DNA of 64,000 nt from Lama guanicoe. Taxonomy: Eukaryota. Of the stretch, positions 50,011 through 63,569 are shown one piece after another. Location: NCBI GenBank assembly GCA_013239625.1, contig MU054187.1:6211757-6275756 (forward strand). The letters run 5' to 3'. Positions within the stretch are counted from its first letter, which is position 1; every line of letters begins with the position of its first letter. The notes under the pieces were generated by a model that was not told the DNA's origin, did not search any database, and was given only the letters and a program-made list of their open reading frames with translations. The translations under genes and the position numbers were made by a program.

Positions 50011-50689
50011 CTGAATTTCTTGAGTAACTAAAGAAAATGGAAAACTGTTGGCATCTTGTCATCCAAAAGAGAAGCTATGGCAGAAGGAAACAGCCCCGGA
50101 CCCAGAGCAAGAAGAATCTGGTTTCGAACTCCAGCTTTGCTCTCACGAGCAAGGTGGCCTTGGCACTCGAGTCTTCATTTCCTAGTCTGACCGTTGTGGG
50201 CTCACAGCACATAGGCTGTGAGAATCTGTGCACAGACTGTCATCAGGCTGTCATCAGGTGGGTCCCCAAAGGTCCACAGGCGCTGATGTGTGAACAGGGC
50301 TTGGTCCTCACAGCTTTGCAGGCTAAAAATCTTGGTTTTTGTTGTCACCCAAGGATGGATCAGGGATTGACTTCCACTAACCAACTTCATAAGTGACTCA
50401 TGTACACATTAAGTTGCATTTTTCTTTGCCTTGATAGAGGTAGAGTCAGCTGGCAAGAGGCAGGAGTCTTGAGTTCTCTCTCTGATGCAGTCTTTCCATG
50501 TGGACCACTACCTGGGAAGCCAGACTATAATAGAAACCCTGCTGGGTGAGCATAGGGTCTTTCATGTATTCAACAAACAATTTCTAATCACCCAAGATGC
50601 TGTAGGCTTTGGGCTAGAGGCTGCAGAGGAAGTAGTGACCAAATTGACATTTTCTCAGTGGGTGTAACATTAGAATATTAATAACTGTT

Positions 50690-50930
50690 TAGGTTAGTGA
50701 TTGAGAGCTTTGGAATCAGATGGTCCAAGGCTCCAACTTACCCCTAACTCACTGGATAGCCTTGGGAAAGCCACTTAACCTCTCTCAACCTCATTTTTTC
50801 CACCACTAGAGTGGAAATAATACCCACCTCCCTCATAGTCTTGTTTTGAGTGTTATATTAAATAACGTGTGTAAGGTGTGAAGCACAACGTGTGGCATGG
50901 AGCCTTGCTCGACACATGGTGCTACGACTA
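50690..50930 (+). mobile_element. MIR SINE, near full length
   Basis: gctttggaatcagat...ccttgggaaagccacttaacctctctcaacctca...cacctccctcatagt...gtgtaaggtg. Confidence 0.88.
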
Positions 50931-51139
50931 CTGTTGAGATGCAATTTTAACACGATGCACCCGTTTTGCAACAGGTCTGACTAGGTCTTGCTAACTCCTG
51001 GCTTTTGTCAAGCTAACCTCACAAGTTAGTACTTGCCTGGGAACATCTGGCTTTCATTTTCTTGACTTTTTTCCTTTTGAAACACCCACTGACCTTTCTG
51101 ATTATTACATTAAAAATATGTTAATAGTACCAATTAGGC

Positions 51140-51578
51140 CAGGGGTTGGCAAACACTGTCTGTAAAGAGTCTGATACCAAATATTTTGGGCAGAAAGAAA
51201 GAGGAGCTGAAGCTGCAGGAAAAGGTGGAGTACGTGTATCAAATGGGGGTCTAGGGGATCCTTGTTGATACACAGGGGTTATTTCCTCTGAAATAACAGC
51301 CCAGCCTCTTCCCTTGTACCTTACTCTGCCCCTACCCTGTTATCTCTGCTGCAATGACTCCACTCTGCTATGATGAGGCAAAAAAAGGCATAGACTAGGT
51401 GTAAATGAATGAGCAAGGCTGTGTTCCAAGAAAATTGTATGGATACTGAAATGTGAGTTTCATGTACTTTTTGTCACAAAATATTTTTCTCTCTTTCTTT
51501 TTCCCCTCCTCAATCATTAAAAAAATGTAAAAAACAATCAGTAGATTTGGCCTCTAGATTGTAGTTTGCTGATGCCTC
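51140..51578. mobile_element. MER58B-like hAT-Charlie MITE with an apparently foreign internal segment (~51192-51340)
   Basis: caggggttggcaaac...ctgtaaagag...aatattttgggc; ctctgctgcaatgactccactctgc...atgaatgagcaaggctgtgttcca; gatttggcc...gtagtttgctga. Confidence 0.8.
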
Positions 51579-52199
51579 ATTCAGGCAACACTCTGGTCAC
51601 CTCTAATTAAAAACATAGTAGAGCTTTGACTCATCCATTATGTATTGATTTTATAGTGCAATTATTAGGTACAAACTTATTTCCAAATTTGTAAGGCTTA
51701 TCTCACCATGGCTGCACCCTTCTCCATGTAATGGCCACACATATCTTGTGGTTATGTATACCTTATACGTGAGGGGTCGATGACGTGCTGTGGGAAAAGA
51801 TCAGTGCACAGTGCCTGGTCGCAGGAGTGCTTGGTAAATGTCCTTTCTTGATTTCTTTTGTCCCTGAAGGTTGTGCTTGGAACCTGCCATCAACTGCCAC
51901 TGATGCAGTTAGTGGAAATGGGGCTGCTTCCCTAACTTTCTGTTAGAAAGGCTCTTCATCCTATCTTGAGAAGTAAATTTAGCTCCCCAAAGCACTTGAG
52001 AGAAATGTATCCTTTACTGAAGATATTGTGGGAATTCAGGGAGAAGAATTCACAGTCCATGCCACACTACAGAAACACAATAAAACATCTATTAGACATT
52101 TCTTCTGACTCCCACAAAGTGTTGCTGTTTTTGGCAGCTTTCTTGTCTCCCTTTCTTCTCTTGCCTCAAAATCCTCTCTACATTCCTGAGCAATTAAGC

Positions 52200-53660
52200 T
52201 TGGCATTTCTTGTTCTATTTCAAAGCATTCTTTTAGAATCATTTTGTCTTCTAGATGTTCATCCTTTAGATACTCCTTTGATAAGAGTCTGTTAATGGTA
52301 AAGTTTTTCATTAGCCAAAATGTTTTCATTTTCTTATCATTTTTGAAAGATAATATTTCTGAGAACACAATTCTAGATTGATAGTTATTTTCTGTCAGCC
52401 TCTGAAGATGTGGTTCCACTGTCTTTTGGCTTCATTGTTTCTGTTGGAAGTCAGCTGTCAGACCACAGTCGTTCTGTGGTTGGTGATCTGTCTTTCCTTT
52501 CTTGTTGCTTTCAAGACATTCTTTTTAGCTTTAGTGTTTTGCAGTTTCATAGGAGGTGCCTAGTGTGTGAGATTATCTTAGAAAAGTTTACCCTGCCGGG
52601 GATACACTTCCTATAATAGCAGATCTATGTCTTGCATTAGTTCTGGCATTTTCTCAGCTATTTGCTCTTCAAATAGTGTTTCTCTCTACATTCTTTTTAT
52701 TCCTTCTTGTGTAACTCTGCTTGGATGTATGTTGGAAATTTTCATTCATTCCTCCATTTCTCTTTATGTTTTCTGTGTTCTTATTTTTTTGTGCTGCATT
52801 CTGAGTGTTTTCTTCAGATCTGTCTTTAGTTCACTAATTCTCCCTTCATCCATGCTTTTTTTCTGTTTCACATATCCATTAGTATACACACACACACATG
52901 CACACCCATACACATATATGTATGAACGTATCTTTTGTGTGTATGTGTGTGTGTATATATATATATATATATGTTGTTGTTTTTAATTTTATATAGTTTT
53001 ATTTTTATTTCCATAGTTATATTTGGTTCTTTATCAGATCTGTTTGGTCACTTTTGATAGTCCCTTTTTCAAAACTTGTTAATTTTTTAATCTTTCATTT
53101 CTTTTAATGCTTTTACACAGTTGTTTTAAGTTGTATGACTGATAATTCTAATATCTGAATTTCTTGGGGGATTAAATCATGCTTGTTTCTGTTGACTTTC
53201 ACTTATGATGATGGTAATCTTGTGGTTTGGTACATTTTTTTCTCTTTTTAAAAACATGTTTAACTGAACTTAAACTGTGGGAATCCTCATGTGACTGGGT
53301 GAAGAAGTCTTTGCTCTGGAGAGGATTTGCATTTCCCTCCACCAGGCACACAGATGTTACCAAACTGGGACGATTTTATTTTCTTTGTTTGGAGTTTTGA
53401 AGATTACATGGGTAGTGAAAATTTGAGCCTGAGCTTCCTGTGACAGCAGGCATATAATTACAAATTCCTGGGAAGACCATCATTATTCTTTTTAAATTTT
53501 TATTATTGTTACTATTATTAATAATATTTTCCACCTGGAGCTGTAGTGAAAAGAGAGAGATTTCCCTGTGGGTTGTCTTGCCAGTAGGTGTATTTCTCTA
53601 GCCCACCCTTTTCCTGGAGAGTAAGCCCCTTCGAGTTTGAGGTTCCTCTCTCACTTTGTA
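52200..53660 (-). mobile_element. Old L1/HAL1 ORF1-region remnant, with (CA)/(TG)/(TA) microsatellite at ~52883-52975
   Basis: ORF 52036-52419 LTENNYQSRIVFSEILSFKNDKKMKTF resembles the L1 ORF1p C-terminal motif LKExNxQPRIxYPAKLSFxxEGEIKTF. Confidence 0.78.
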
Positions 53661-53689
53661 TCAGTCCAAAGACCCCATTTCCATAACCA

Positions 53690-53890
53690 CTAAGGGTTTT
53701 CTTAAAGGATCAGGGTAAATATTTTAAGCTTGCAGGCCATATGGTCTCTGCTGCAAATACTCAGCTCTGCTGTTGTAGCACAAAAGCAGCCATAGACGAT
53801 ATGTTGATGAATGGACATGGCAATGTGCCAATAAAACTTTATTTACAAAAACAGGTGGTAGGCCTGTGTGCTACGGTTTGCTAATCCCTA
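53690..53890. mobile_element. MER58A hAT-Charlie MITE
   Basis: gtaaatattttaagcttgcaggccatatggtctctg...ctcagctctgctgttgtagcacaaaagcagccatagac...ccaataaaactttatttacaaaaacagg. Confidence 0.9.
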
Positions 53891-54499
53891 CTGCAGAATC
53901 CTGGCATTGGCATTGGTTTCCTGAGCAGCCCCAGCTCCTGAGTTTTCTTACGGCTTACTTTGTTTTGTTTTATTTTACTTTATGTTTCTGAGAATTTCTC
54001 TTATTAAGCAATTCATTTAATACTTCAGTCTATCCAGCATCTCAGTATTTTGAAATGAAAGAGTTTTCAAAGTATCTAGTCTTCTGTATTTCTAACAGCT
54101 AAACTTAATCATTTATCTCTCCCTCTTAGTTTACGTCCCCTTTCAGCTAAGCAAACCCTGATAAGTTAACTAAAGGGCAACCACCTGTTTTTCCTTAAGC
54201 ATGTCCCCAAGCCCTTCAGCATCTTGTCACACCAAGTTATAGCTCCTCTTCCATCTGAGAGCTTATGTGCTCAGGTTAGCGGGATTGCAGAGGCGATATC
54301 CTAAGATGCTGACCTCTCTTCTGTTATGTCAAAGAATGGGGTGGAAGAAACTTGGGGGTTCTGTATGAGTGTGGCGTTCTGAAAGCTCTCAGCCTGTCTA
54401 CTGGGCCTCTCCTACACATCTTTCACTGCTCCAGGGCTTGGGGTTTACAGGTAGAAAAGGCAGAAAAAACTCCTTCTCTCTGAGACCTGGCATTTTAAT

Positions 54500-54900
54500 G
54501 GGGAGGAACAGAAGATAAATAAGTGAATAAAACCAGAAACTACCAGGAAGTGAGAGTACTATGTTGAAAATAAAAGAAGTTGTTTTCATAGCGAATGACT
54601 GCGAGGTTGTTTTTGTTTGTTTATTTTTATGATTGGATGGTAAGGGAGGGAGGCTCAGTGAGGAGGCAATGTTTAAAACCTGGCTTGAATAAGATAAAGG
54701 ACCAAGTTCTGTAAAGGTCTACGGCAGGAGAGAGGAGCATTAAACAGAGAGCAAGAGCCAGTGCAGAGGCTGTAAAATGAGAGTATTTTTGGTATTTGCA
54801 TGGGTCAGAGAAAATACTAGTGAGGCTGAGCTAGAGTAACACAACATTAAAGCAAAAAAGTATCAAGAAGAAGAATGGTAATCTGAGAAACAGTGGAACG
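54500..54900 (-). mobile_element. L2 fragment
   Basis: ggatggtaagggagggaggctcagtgaggagg...cagtgcagaggc...agtgaggctgag. Confidence 0.55.
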
Positions 54901-55234
54901 AGCCCAGGAGCACAGTGAAAAGGAGCCCTGGGCTGACAGCTGTGCTGTGGTCTCAGAAAACAAGCGGTCCAAACGAGCACAGGACGGCAGAGGGCCCGGT
55001 AAAGACGGCCTTCAGTGAGAAAGGGGGTTGCATTACGCACGTTACGCGATTAAGAACCTGGGAGAATTTCATGGTAAGTGCATATGTCTTCTCTTAATCA
55101 GAAAAAAAGAAGGCCATAGAAATTGTGAGAAAAATAAACATTCTATAAGAGATTTATAGTTCAGATATGAAGTAAGTTGAAATGTGCCATGATTTCGATC
55201 AGTTGGTGTAATTTAAGAGAAGAGGACACATTTG

Positions 55235-55966
55235 ATCTTTTTACAATTGAACTATAAGCGATGTGCGGTATTATGTTAGTTTCGGGTGTACCACATGATG
55301 ATTTGACGTTTACATATGTTATAAAATGATCACCACGGTGAGCCTGGTAACCACCTGTCCCCATACCAGGTTATTACAGTATTACTGACCGTACTCCTTA
55401 TGCTGCCTATTACATCTCATGACTGACTTGTTATAAAACTAGAGGCGTGTGCCTCTTAATCCCCTTCACCTATCTTGCCCAACCCCACCCCCTCCCCTCT
55501 GATGACCACCAGTTTGTTCTCTGTATCTATGAGTTTTGGTTTGTTTTGCTTGTTTTGTTTTTTTGCACATACAAGTGAGATCGGGCTGTATTTGTCTTTC
55601 TCTGTCTGACTTACTTCACTTCCCATAATGCCTCAAGGTCCATCCATGCTGTTGCAAATGGCAAAATTTCCTTCCTTTTTATGGCTAATATTTGGTTAGA
55701 ATTCTATCACATTTTCTTTATCTGTTCATCTATCAGTGGACACTCAGGTTGCTTCCGTACCTTGGCCACGTCTTGGCTATTGTAAATAATGCCACAGTGA
55801 ACATCGGGATGCGGATATCTTTTCAAATTAATGTTTTTGTTTTCTCAGTTCGTAGATCAGATGGCAGTTCTGTTTTTAGCTTTTCGAGGCACCTCCATCT
55901 TGTTCTCCACAGTGGCTGCACCAATTTACATTCCCACCAACAGTGCGCGAAAGTTCCCTTTTGTCC
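55235..55966 (-). mobile_element. L1 (L1MA9-like) 3' UTR plus ORF2 end
   Basis: ORF 55823-56017 [17 protein letters not shown] matches the L1 ORF2p zinc-knuckle region ([13 protein letters not shown]); typical 3' UTR. Confidence 0.92.
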
Positions 55967-56599
55967 CTGTCTGCCTTCGATCTTGATGTGGGGCCCACTC
56001 TCCTCTGGGCAGGACAAGCTCAGTGACGGCTTGAACTTTTTCCTAAGGGAAAAAGTCTGCTACACAGACTTTTCTCTGAGCACAATCACATCACTCAGCG
56101 CTGCAGTGGATGAGATTCATACAGTAACAGTGTTATTATTGATGTTGTTTTGAAATTTAGAGTCAACCTTGATTGATGAAGCAAGAAGGACCCAAACATA
56201 GTTAGGGACAGAAGGTAACTGCTGCCAGCCTTGACGCCAAACAAGACTGGGGCACGACACGCTCTGTCTTCCACAGTGTGTCAGGGGGCTGAGGCTTTGA
56301 GGGGGAATTTAAAGTTTAAATGCTTTAGAACTTTAAAAACTCCCTGACTGTCTTCCTTTTGTAACCCTTATCTGAGAAAGAGTTCTCCTTCATTTCTTTT
56401 ATTCTACAATACTTACGAAATGCTGCCAGTATTCCAGATGTCACGTACTGGGAGACAAGTGGAGAGAGAACAAGACGAAAAACATGCTCCTGCCCTCACG
56501 TAGCTTCTGTTCCAGGGTGGGAGAATGTGCCTTTCTGCAAGTACCCAAAGGTAAAGAAATGGGGTGTCAGTGACGTCTCGGCCACGCTCGCCGGCTCCC

Positions 56600-57760
56600 A
56601 AGGCTCAGTTGCCGTGTGTGTCTTCAGGGAGCCTCACTCTGTCTTCAGACCAGATCTCCGTCCTGAGCCTGAGATCTGCATGTCTACGTGCCTAGTCAGC
56701 ATCTCGAAACCTGATCTTCCTCCACATCCTGCAGCTCTGTCAGAAGATATCTTCCTCCCTCTTCCCCTGTCCTTCCCTCCACCCGCCCACACACCACCCC
56801 ACGGCCAGCGGATTACCAAGCTTTGCCGGTTCTGCCCCCTGGGGAGAAGTCCCCTCCCGACCATGGTCCTGTGCCTGCGGCTCCCTCTCAGTCCTGGCCG
56901 TTATTTCTCACTCAGATTATCCCAACATGCCCTTCATGCTCTCCAGTCCAGTTTCCCCACCACGGCCAGAGCAACATTTCAAACACATGAATCTGATTAC
57001 CTCATTAATCTGCCTAAAGTCTTTCAGTGACTTCCCAGTGTCCCTTAGGAAAAAGTTCAAATTCTTTCGTATGGCTCGCAAAGTCTCTCCCTCCCTCTCT
57101 CTCTCTCTCTCACTGTGTGCGTACACACACACACACACACACGGGCGTGCAGGTTTTCTGCTCTTTCCAGAATGTTCTCTCCATCACCTAGGTCTCCTCT
57201 ACCAGGGTTTTCCCACCCTTCCTGTGCGCTCACACTTGGCTATGAGCCTCTCTTTATTTTAGGGTCCCAGTGACTGTGTCTGGGGCAGCGTGATGATACA
57301 GTGGAAGTCCTGGGGTCCCACCCCTTGGTTCAAATCCTGATTCTACCACTTCCTTGGGCAAGTTACTTAACGTCTCTTAGAGCTGTGTGAGCATCTGTTA
57401 AATGGGGATCACGGTGAAGGTCCCTCACAGGTGGTTGCAAGATGTGTGACCCGCCCCGCTGTGTGTCTTCTCTACCGTCGTGCCTTTTACTGTGACTCAC
57501 ACTTCTGGTCTCAGCTCGGTGAGGCTCTCAGGGAGGTCTTCCTGGAGATACCCTCCGTTTTCGTGGCTCCCCTGTCTCCAGTCCTGGCACACAGCCCCCT
57601 TTATCGTCCTCACTGGCGGGTGCTGCTAGCACGATGGTGGTGGTTGTCTGCCTTGCGGGGGCTCCCCTGGCGTGGAGACCAAGCTCTTGGTCTCATAACA
57701 TTCTCAGTGTTCGGTAAAGTGCTCTGCACGTGGTCAGGCTCCATAAAAAAGGAATAAATA
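56600..57760 (+). mobile_element. L2 remnant interrupted by a (CT)n(CA)n microsatellite (57091-57141) and a MIR (~57280-57450)
   Basis: ccagatctc...ctgagcctgaga; ccacggccagagc...tctgattac...ttcagtgacttcccagtg. MIR string ggttcaaatcctgattctaccact...ttgggcaagttacttaac. Confidence 0.75.
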
Positions 57761-60279
57761 TGGAAAGCATGGGAAAGATGCAGGATTTAGTTAATATGCC
57801 TTGACCTTGGAAACAACTGTCTGACCTTGAGAGTTGTGGACCCTGGACCACTTGAGCAGCAAAGTTCCACGTCTGGAAATACATTCTGTCCTCTGTAGTT
57901 TAGAGGAGCTTTAAAAATGTATTTATTTATTGGCTTTAAAAAAATCCTTGTTTTCCAGCCATGTTTCTAACTTAGAGACAATTATGAGATGTCCAAATGC
58001 TGGAGGTGTAGAGGTGGGCTTGCAGAGACTGCGCCCCTCAGCCCTGGGCACCCTTCTGCCTTTGGAGGGGGGTCCATTTTTAAGAGGCTGTGTTATTCAT
58101 TCAGTCACCCACCACAAGCCCCGTGCACATCTGTCATGGGACCCACTGGTGCGTCTCCCTCGAGGGTGTTCCTCTGCCCTGAAGCTAGTGGACCAGTGTG
58201 TTTGTGTGTGTGTTGGGTGGCAGAGGAGGGGGGTGTGTGTGTGATAGGAGCCCAGGCAGTGATTTGGCTCCTTTAAGAGTGCAGACAAGCTCCAGGAGTC
58301 CTGTGGCTCCCACCCCTCGGCAGGGCAGCCAGCAGCAGAGCCCAGCTGTCGCAGGCCCCGAGGGGACCTCACTGTGTTTACATGGATGGTCATGTGGCAA
58401 CCTCTCCCAGCTCACAGGCGGGCTGCACAGTTACCTCATCTGCGGTCCAATGACCTCATCCACGTGAAATGCGGCAAGTGCGAGACAGGAGCAGAACGGC
58501 CCAGCGTCTCACCCGGAGCTCGGGGGAAGCTGTCCTGGACGACAGCTCAGGAAATCAGCTGGAGGGCTGTCCACTCAGTAATTGCTCCCAGCCAGGAGCC
58601 GATTCAGAAGTCAAGTGGATGTGTCTCCTGAAGCGGGGGAGGTGGGAGGCTGGGAGGTGCCTGTGCAGAAATGTCTGTGCCCACCCTGGGAGCTGCTCAT
58701 CTCAGGGGATTTGCATCCCCCACAGGAAGGACCACTGACCTCAGGCCAGGCAGAGCCACCTTCACCCCCCTGCACTGCCCCTCCCACCAGCCACTGAAGC
58801 ACTTTGAAGATGTTGATGCACAAACAGGATGAGAAATACACCACAAACGCAGAGAAAGGCACGTGCTCTCTTGACTTGGGGTAGAAGCATCACTAGATAT
58901 TGTGGGTTTTTTTTTTCCTGTTGTTTATCACTTTCCTTGAATTATATTTGCTCTCCCCCTCCAAAAAATATTGCATGTGATGACTAGGAATATAAAATAA
59001 ATTACCTTGGCCATAGGCTGCTGGGTTTATTAGCTCCTTTCAAGCTCTTCACAATGTAAAGGACAGGCTGACCTAGAGTGATCTGCTTCCAGGCAGCTCC
59101 CTCTCCTCCTGGTAACAGGAGCTCTGCTATTTGTGCATTTAACAGCTTAACCCTTTGAGTCACCCAGAGTGCTTTCTGTGTCCTTTCTGGGATTTCTTTT
59201 GGGAGAAAGCGATAGTACGCTTAAATTTTAACGCAGCAGATTTCTGTTATCCATATCATGTAGACATTAAAAAAAATTTTAAAACAAAGATGAAAAACAA
59301 GCCTTGTAAATAAAAAGGGAAGAGACAACACAAAAGTCAAATAGCTTCAGAGGTCAAGAATTTCTTTGGAGAAGGTCTGTACGATGAAGGTCTTGTCAAG
59401 GGCGGGTGGCTTATGCCTTTTAAAGAGTAATTGTCAATAAACGTGCAGAGTCATCCCCCTGATTACATGGAGATCAATTAGCGATCTTGGAGCCCTTGCT
59501 CTTTTCCTTTAAATGCCCGACAAAACCAGTTACTAAAGGTGGGATCTAAGTCTTGCAGGGAGGGAAGCAAACGCTTGGCTGTAATGATCAAAAGAGCAGA
59601 GGTCGTCGTTTCGATGGGGTGTTTGCTATTTACTCCGGTGATGCACTTGACAATAGTCTTCCTTATTAGCAAGCCAGGATCAGCACTGGAGAGTGTGCAA
59701 ATAATCTCCCCCAAATCTGGATTCCAGGACACTCCTCCTGCGCACAGACAAATGCCCCCGTGAGCAAATTGCAAACCCTTTCCCCCCACCTCCCCCAGCC
59801 TGTCCAGAGTTACCGAGGCTGCTGGCAAATGGGTTTTCAGAGCAAGGTAAGCACCATGGAGGCTGTATATTTAAACAATTACGGGGCCTGTGTGTGTGTC
59901 TGCCTCCTGCTGCACAGTCCCGAGCAAGATGGTGTGATGTGTGCATTTTACATATCAATGGCTGGGGAGGCTGTTTCCAGATGGCTGTACCTATTTCAAA
60001 GCCACCTTTTTATGCAGAAGGAAGACTGGGTGACCTCCCTCCAAGTAAATGTGTTTTGTAAGCCCTGGGAATGAATGCTTAAAAAATGGTCGCGGGCTAT
60101 ATTTCATGTCCAGTCCAACGTGCTGTGTGTGCACAGCTGTTCCGGGCTGGCATGTGGTAGCATATTAAAAGGAAGATTACCATTTCCCATTTTCCCCCCT
60201 TCTGAAGGCTTGATGTGCATATATGAAACTTGTGGAGAAAAAGAGGCATAATGAGACGAGGAAGCGGGGTCTCCAGGCA

Positions 60280-60720
60280 CTAGTCGGCGCACATCTGGAG
60301 TATGTAGCATTCTAGAGATAGTTACTTATTCCCAGGAGCCGCCACCGGGGTGGGAATGGTGGCCCGGTATCCATGGCAGCTTCCCTATCGCACCGTGCCA
60401 GGTGTGCGTGTGTGCGATTTCTTGGAAAGGCTGTCCTCGGAGGGAGCAGGGAGGGGAGAGGATGGGAGAGGAGAGGAGAGGAGGGAGAAAACAGAAGGGA
60501 GGTCATTAGCCACCGCCTCGCCCAGCGGAGCCAGCGCAGGCGGCTGAAATCAGGAGTGGGCGCTGGAAGGGCGCGGATGGAGTCAGATGGCGCGCACAGC
60601 GCCTTCCCCGCGCCTGCCAGCTCCTCGGTTGTTTCTATGGGGACGAGACCAGGGAGGAGACGCCCTGGGGCCAGAAGAGCCGCCCGGATGACAACACCAA
60701 GCGGGACGGGCCCCAGAAGG
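60280..60720. promoter_or_regulatory. CpG-rich patch with two RFX X-box-like motifs; candidate promoter or enhancer
   Basis: Raised CpG density; gtatccatggcagc (60367-60380) and gtttctatggggac (60631-60644) versus consensus GTTNCCATGGNAAC. Confidence 0.45.
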
Positions 60721-62147
60721 TCCTAGCCTACCATGCAGCGTGATACTGGTTTTTAACTGACAGCTTGAGTTCTTGATGGTTTTTTCCCCCCTAGATAAGA
60801 AATCAGGAGTGTTTCAAACCTGGTTGGCTGTTATTTAGGAAGAGGCTTCATAGGGTCGCATTTTCACTGGACAATTGATCTTTACGTTCCCATTTAATGA
60901 GGAGAGAATGTAGGGTAGTTCGGAGCTGCATGGACCTGCATGGACCTGCCTTACCCTAAGAGCGGGGTCGGGAAGTTTTCCCAGGAAGAGAGTTCGTTAT
61001 AGTTTCATAGCTTCGTGGAATTCATGGATTGTTTCTTTCTTTTTTTTTCTGAGCTGCAGGACTGTGAGGTTCCAGATGCCCCGTGTAAGACAATGCCCCC
61101 CAGGGGAGAGTCAGGGCGGGGAGGTGTGAGGTCCAGCTCGAGGCCACCCTAAACCAGGGCTGTAAACAGCAGCTGCGTCTATTGTGCGTGCCAAGTGCTG
61201 CCTGTTCCTCGAGGTCTAACTCCTTGTTTCCTTCTCTTAAGCCAGATGCGACCATCAGGAGTTTGGCAGTTCCTGGGTGGATCCCAGATGGTGGGAACTG
61301 GGGAAGGACGTGGAGGGGCACGCGGGGGGTGGGGGCCCAGGCGGCCTGCCCTTTCCCAGGGCCTGGTCTTCCTCCGTCTCCGCATCTGACCTGCTGTCCC
61401 ACCACCCAGCTCTCCAGATGCGGCAGCTGAGGCCAAGTGGGGAAGCGACACCTCACGTGTCTGACCTTCGAGCTCCAGTGTGGGCACGTGGAGGGCGCAG
61501 GGCATAACTCAGGAGGGCAGATGACGGCCCAGGGGTACTCAGAGGGACCGTGATCAGGTCTCCCCCCGGTGGAGGGCAGGAAGTGGGTAATCAGGGGAAC
61601 TGTATGCTGCTGGGACCCTGCGGACCCTGGGTCATGACAGACGAGGGTGCGGGCAGGAAAAGACAGAGACACTTCGCTCAGCCACAGCCTGCAAAGGGGC
61701 TCATTAACTCCCCCGCTGACAGGGAAGAGACGTCACCCTGGAAGCCATATTCCGTCTAGTTAATTGTGTGTGTGTGTGTGTTTACCCTTTAAGACCCTGT
61801 GGGTTCAGATGTTAATTCATTTCCTCTTGTTTCTTCTTCCCTCCTTCTTTTCCCAAGCTAGAGAACCTTTTGAGATAGGAATCAAAAGCTTTGTCTGAAA
61901 TAAGTTGAACCCCAAGGAGCACAGCTGAGTCAGCAGCACAGAATGGAGGTCAGGAAAGCAGCTCATCCCTGTCCCTGCATTAAAGGTTGTGGCCTGGGGG
62001 AAAGGACCCACGAGAGCAGCCTCTGTCTTTCTGTCCTCCTCTTTTCATGGAGCTGATGAGAGTCACTGTGAGACTTATCTTTGGAGGTGCTCTGCTGTCC
62101 CACTGTGTCTGACAGCTCTTTCTGAATTACACAGCAGTGAATTCTTC

Positions 62148-62600
62148 TACAGCTGGTGGAAGTGAGGTGGGCAGAGCCATTCTGGAGAACAATTCAAAAA
62201 TCGTATATTATGTCTTTTATGAACTCTTTCACATGTCCGAATGGAAACACGCATGTGTGAGGATGCCCCTGATGGCATCACTTTGGATCCCAGGGAGTTG
62301 GAGACAATATAGGTGTCCATCATTTGGGGAAGAGGTAGATGAGATGTGGTAGAAGCTTCTGGGGGAAAACCATGCAGCAATGCAGCAATGGCTAGATGTA
62401 ATTCCCTAGAAGGCGTGTTGAGTGAAAAAGTAAGACGTAGAACAAGATCTCTAGCGTGATATTATTTTAATAAAGTTAGAAAAAGCACACACACACTAAC
62501 AACACTCTATCTTTAAGATACGGACGTTTCCAAGGCCACATTCCTGACACTTTAGATGGGTGTCTGTTGGGTGGGGAGAAAGGAAGGAGACAGGTCATGG
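62148..62600 (+). mobile_element. Very old L1ME-like ORF2-end/3' fragment
   Basis: gctggtggaagtg...gccattctggagaacaatt...tgtccatca...atgtggta...tgttgagtgaaaaa. Confidence 0.65.
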
Positions 62601-63569
62601 GGTCAAGGATACAGGGAAAAAAATTCAAATAAAATTAAAGAAGGGAAAGATTGCATACTGCCCAATTATAATGTGCCATGGATTGAAGAAACAGTAACTC
62701 AGCTCTGGATCTACATTCCTACGTATAAAAATTCTCTCGCATCCATCTGTTTACCTCTAAAATACCATAGTTCCTGTGATAGGAGCCACTGTAGAAGTGG
62801 GTGAATGCATATATAACACCACTGGCAACAATCAATCATCAAACACTCTTTAAACCGATACTACGGGTTGAATCTTGTGCTGGGTATGGTGGGGCCTGCG
62901 GGAGACCTGGGGATTTTGTCCTTGTTCTTAGCCTGCAGCTTGGAAATCATATGTGAAATAATAGCGTGCAATTCAAAACAGTTTGTAATTAAGGCCCAAA
63001 CTGCGTAAGACATAGCACATGAGTTGTGGGAGACTGAAAAATAACATAAAAAGATTGTTAGTGAGACCAGTAGAAGTCGGGAGAAATTAATGCGGAAAGA
63101 AGCTTGGTACTGGGCCATGAAGGATGAGGGGCTTGGCTTGGGGGAGAGGAGGCAGACTAGGGGCCGCCCGGGGAGCAGCCAGGCCTGGCGGAGAGGCAGG
63201 TGTGAGATGTGGGATGCAGTGCACGCTGGCCCTGTGGCCTGGAAGGCTTCAATCCCCGAGAACAAGGTTTCCGCACCCACCCTCCCATCCCCGTCCTCTG
63301 GGAGCCCCAGGAAACCACTCTGTGTACTGTCTGCAGAGCCTGCTCTGGGTGCAGGCTCTTGAGAGTGAGATTTGGGATTCGGCCAGCAGGCAGCCTCTCC
63401 CACCTCGGTGCTCCCTTTCTCTTAGTTTCCGTCTTGGGGACACCTGCCCTGCTTTCTCCTTCCATGAGACAATGAGAAAGGGTCACATTTTCAAGTGACA
63501 GTCCTACCTCGGCCATGTTACACAGGCCATTCTCACGCCACTCACCTTCCCACGATCATTTTGCAAGAT

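Noticed and set aside
61022..61672. 216-aa minus-strand ORF (and the 180-aa ORF at 62861-63403)
   Set aside because: No recognisable domain or convincing exon boundaries; GC-rich or L2-overlapping sequence.
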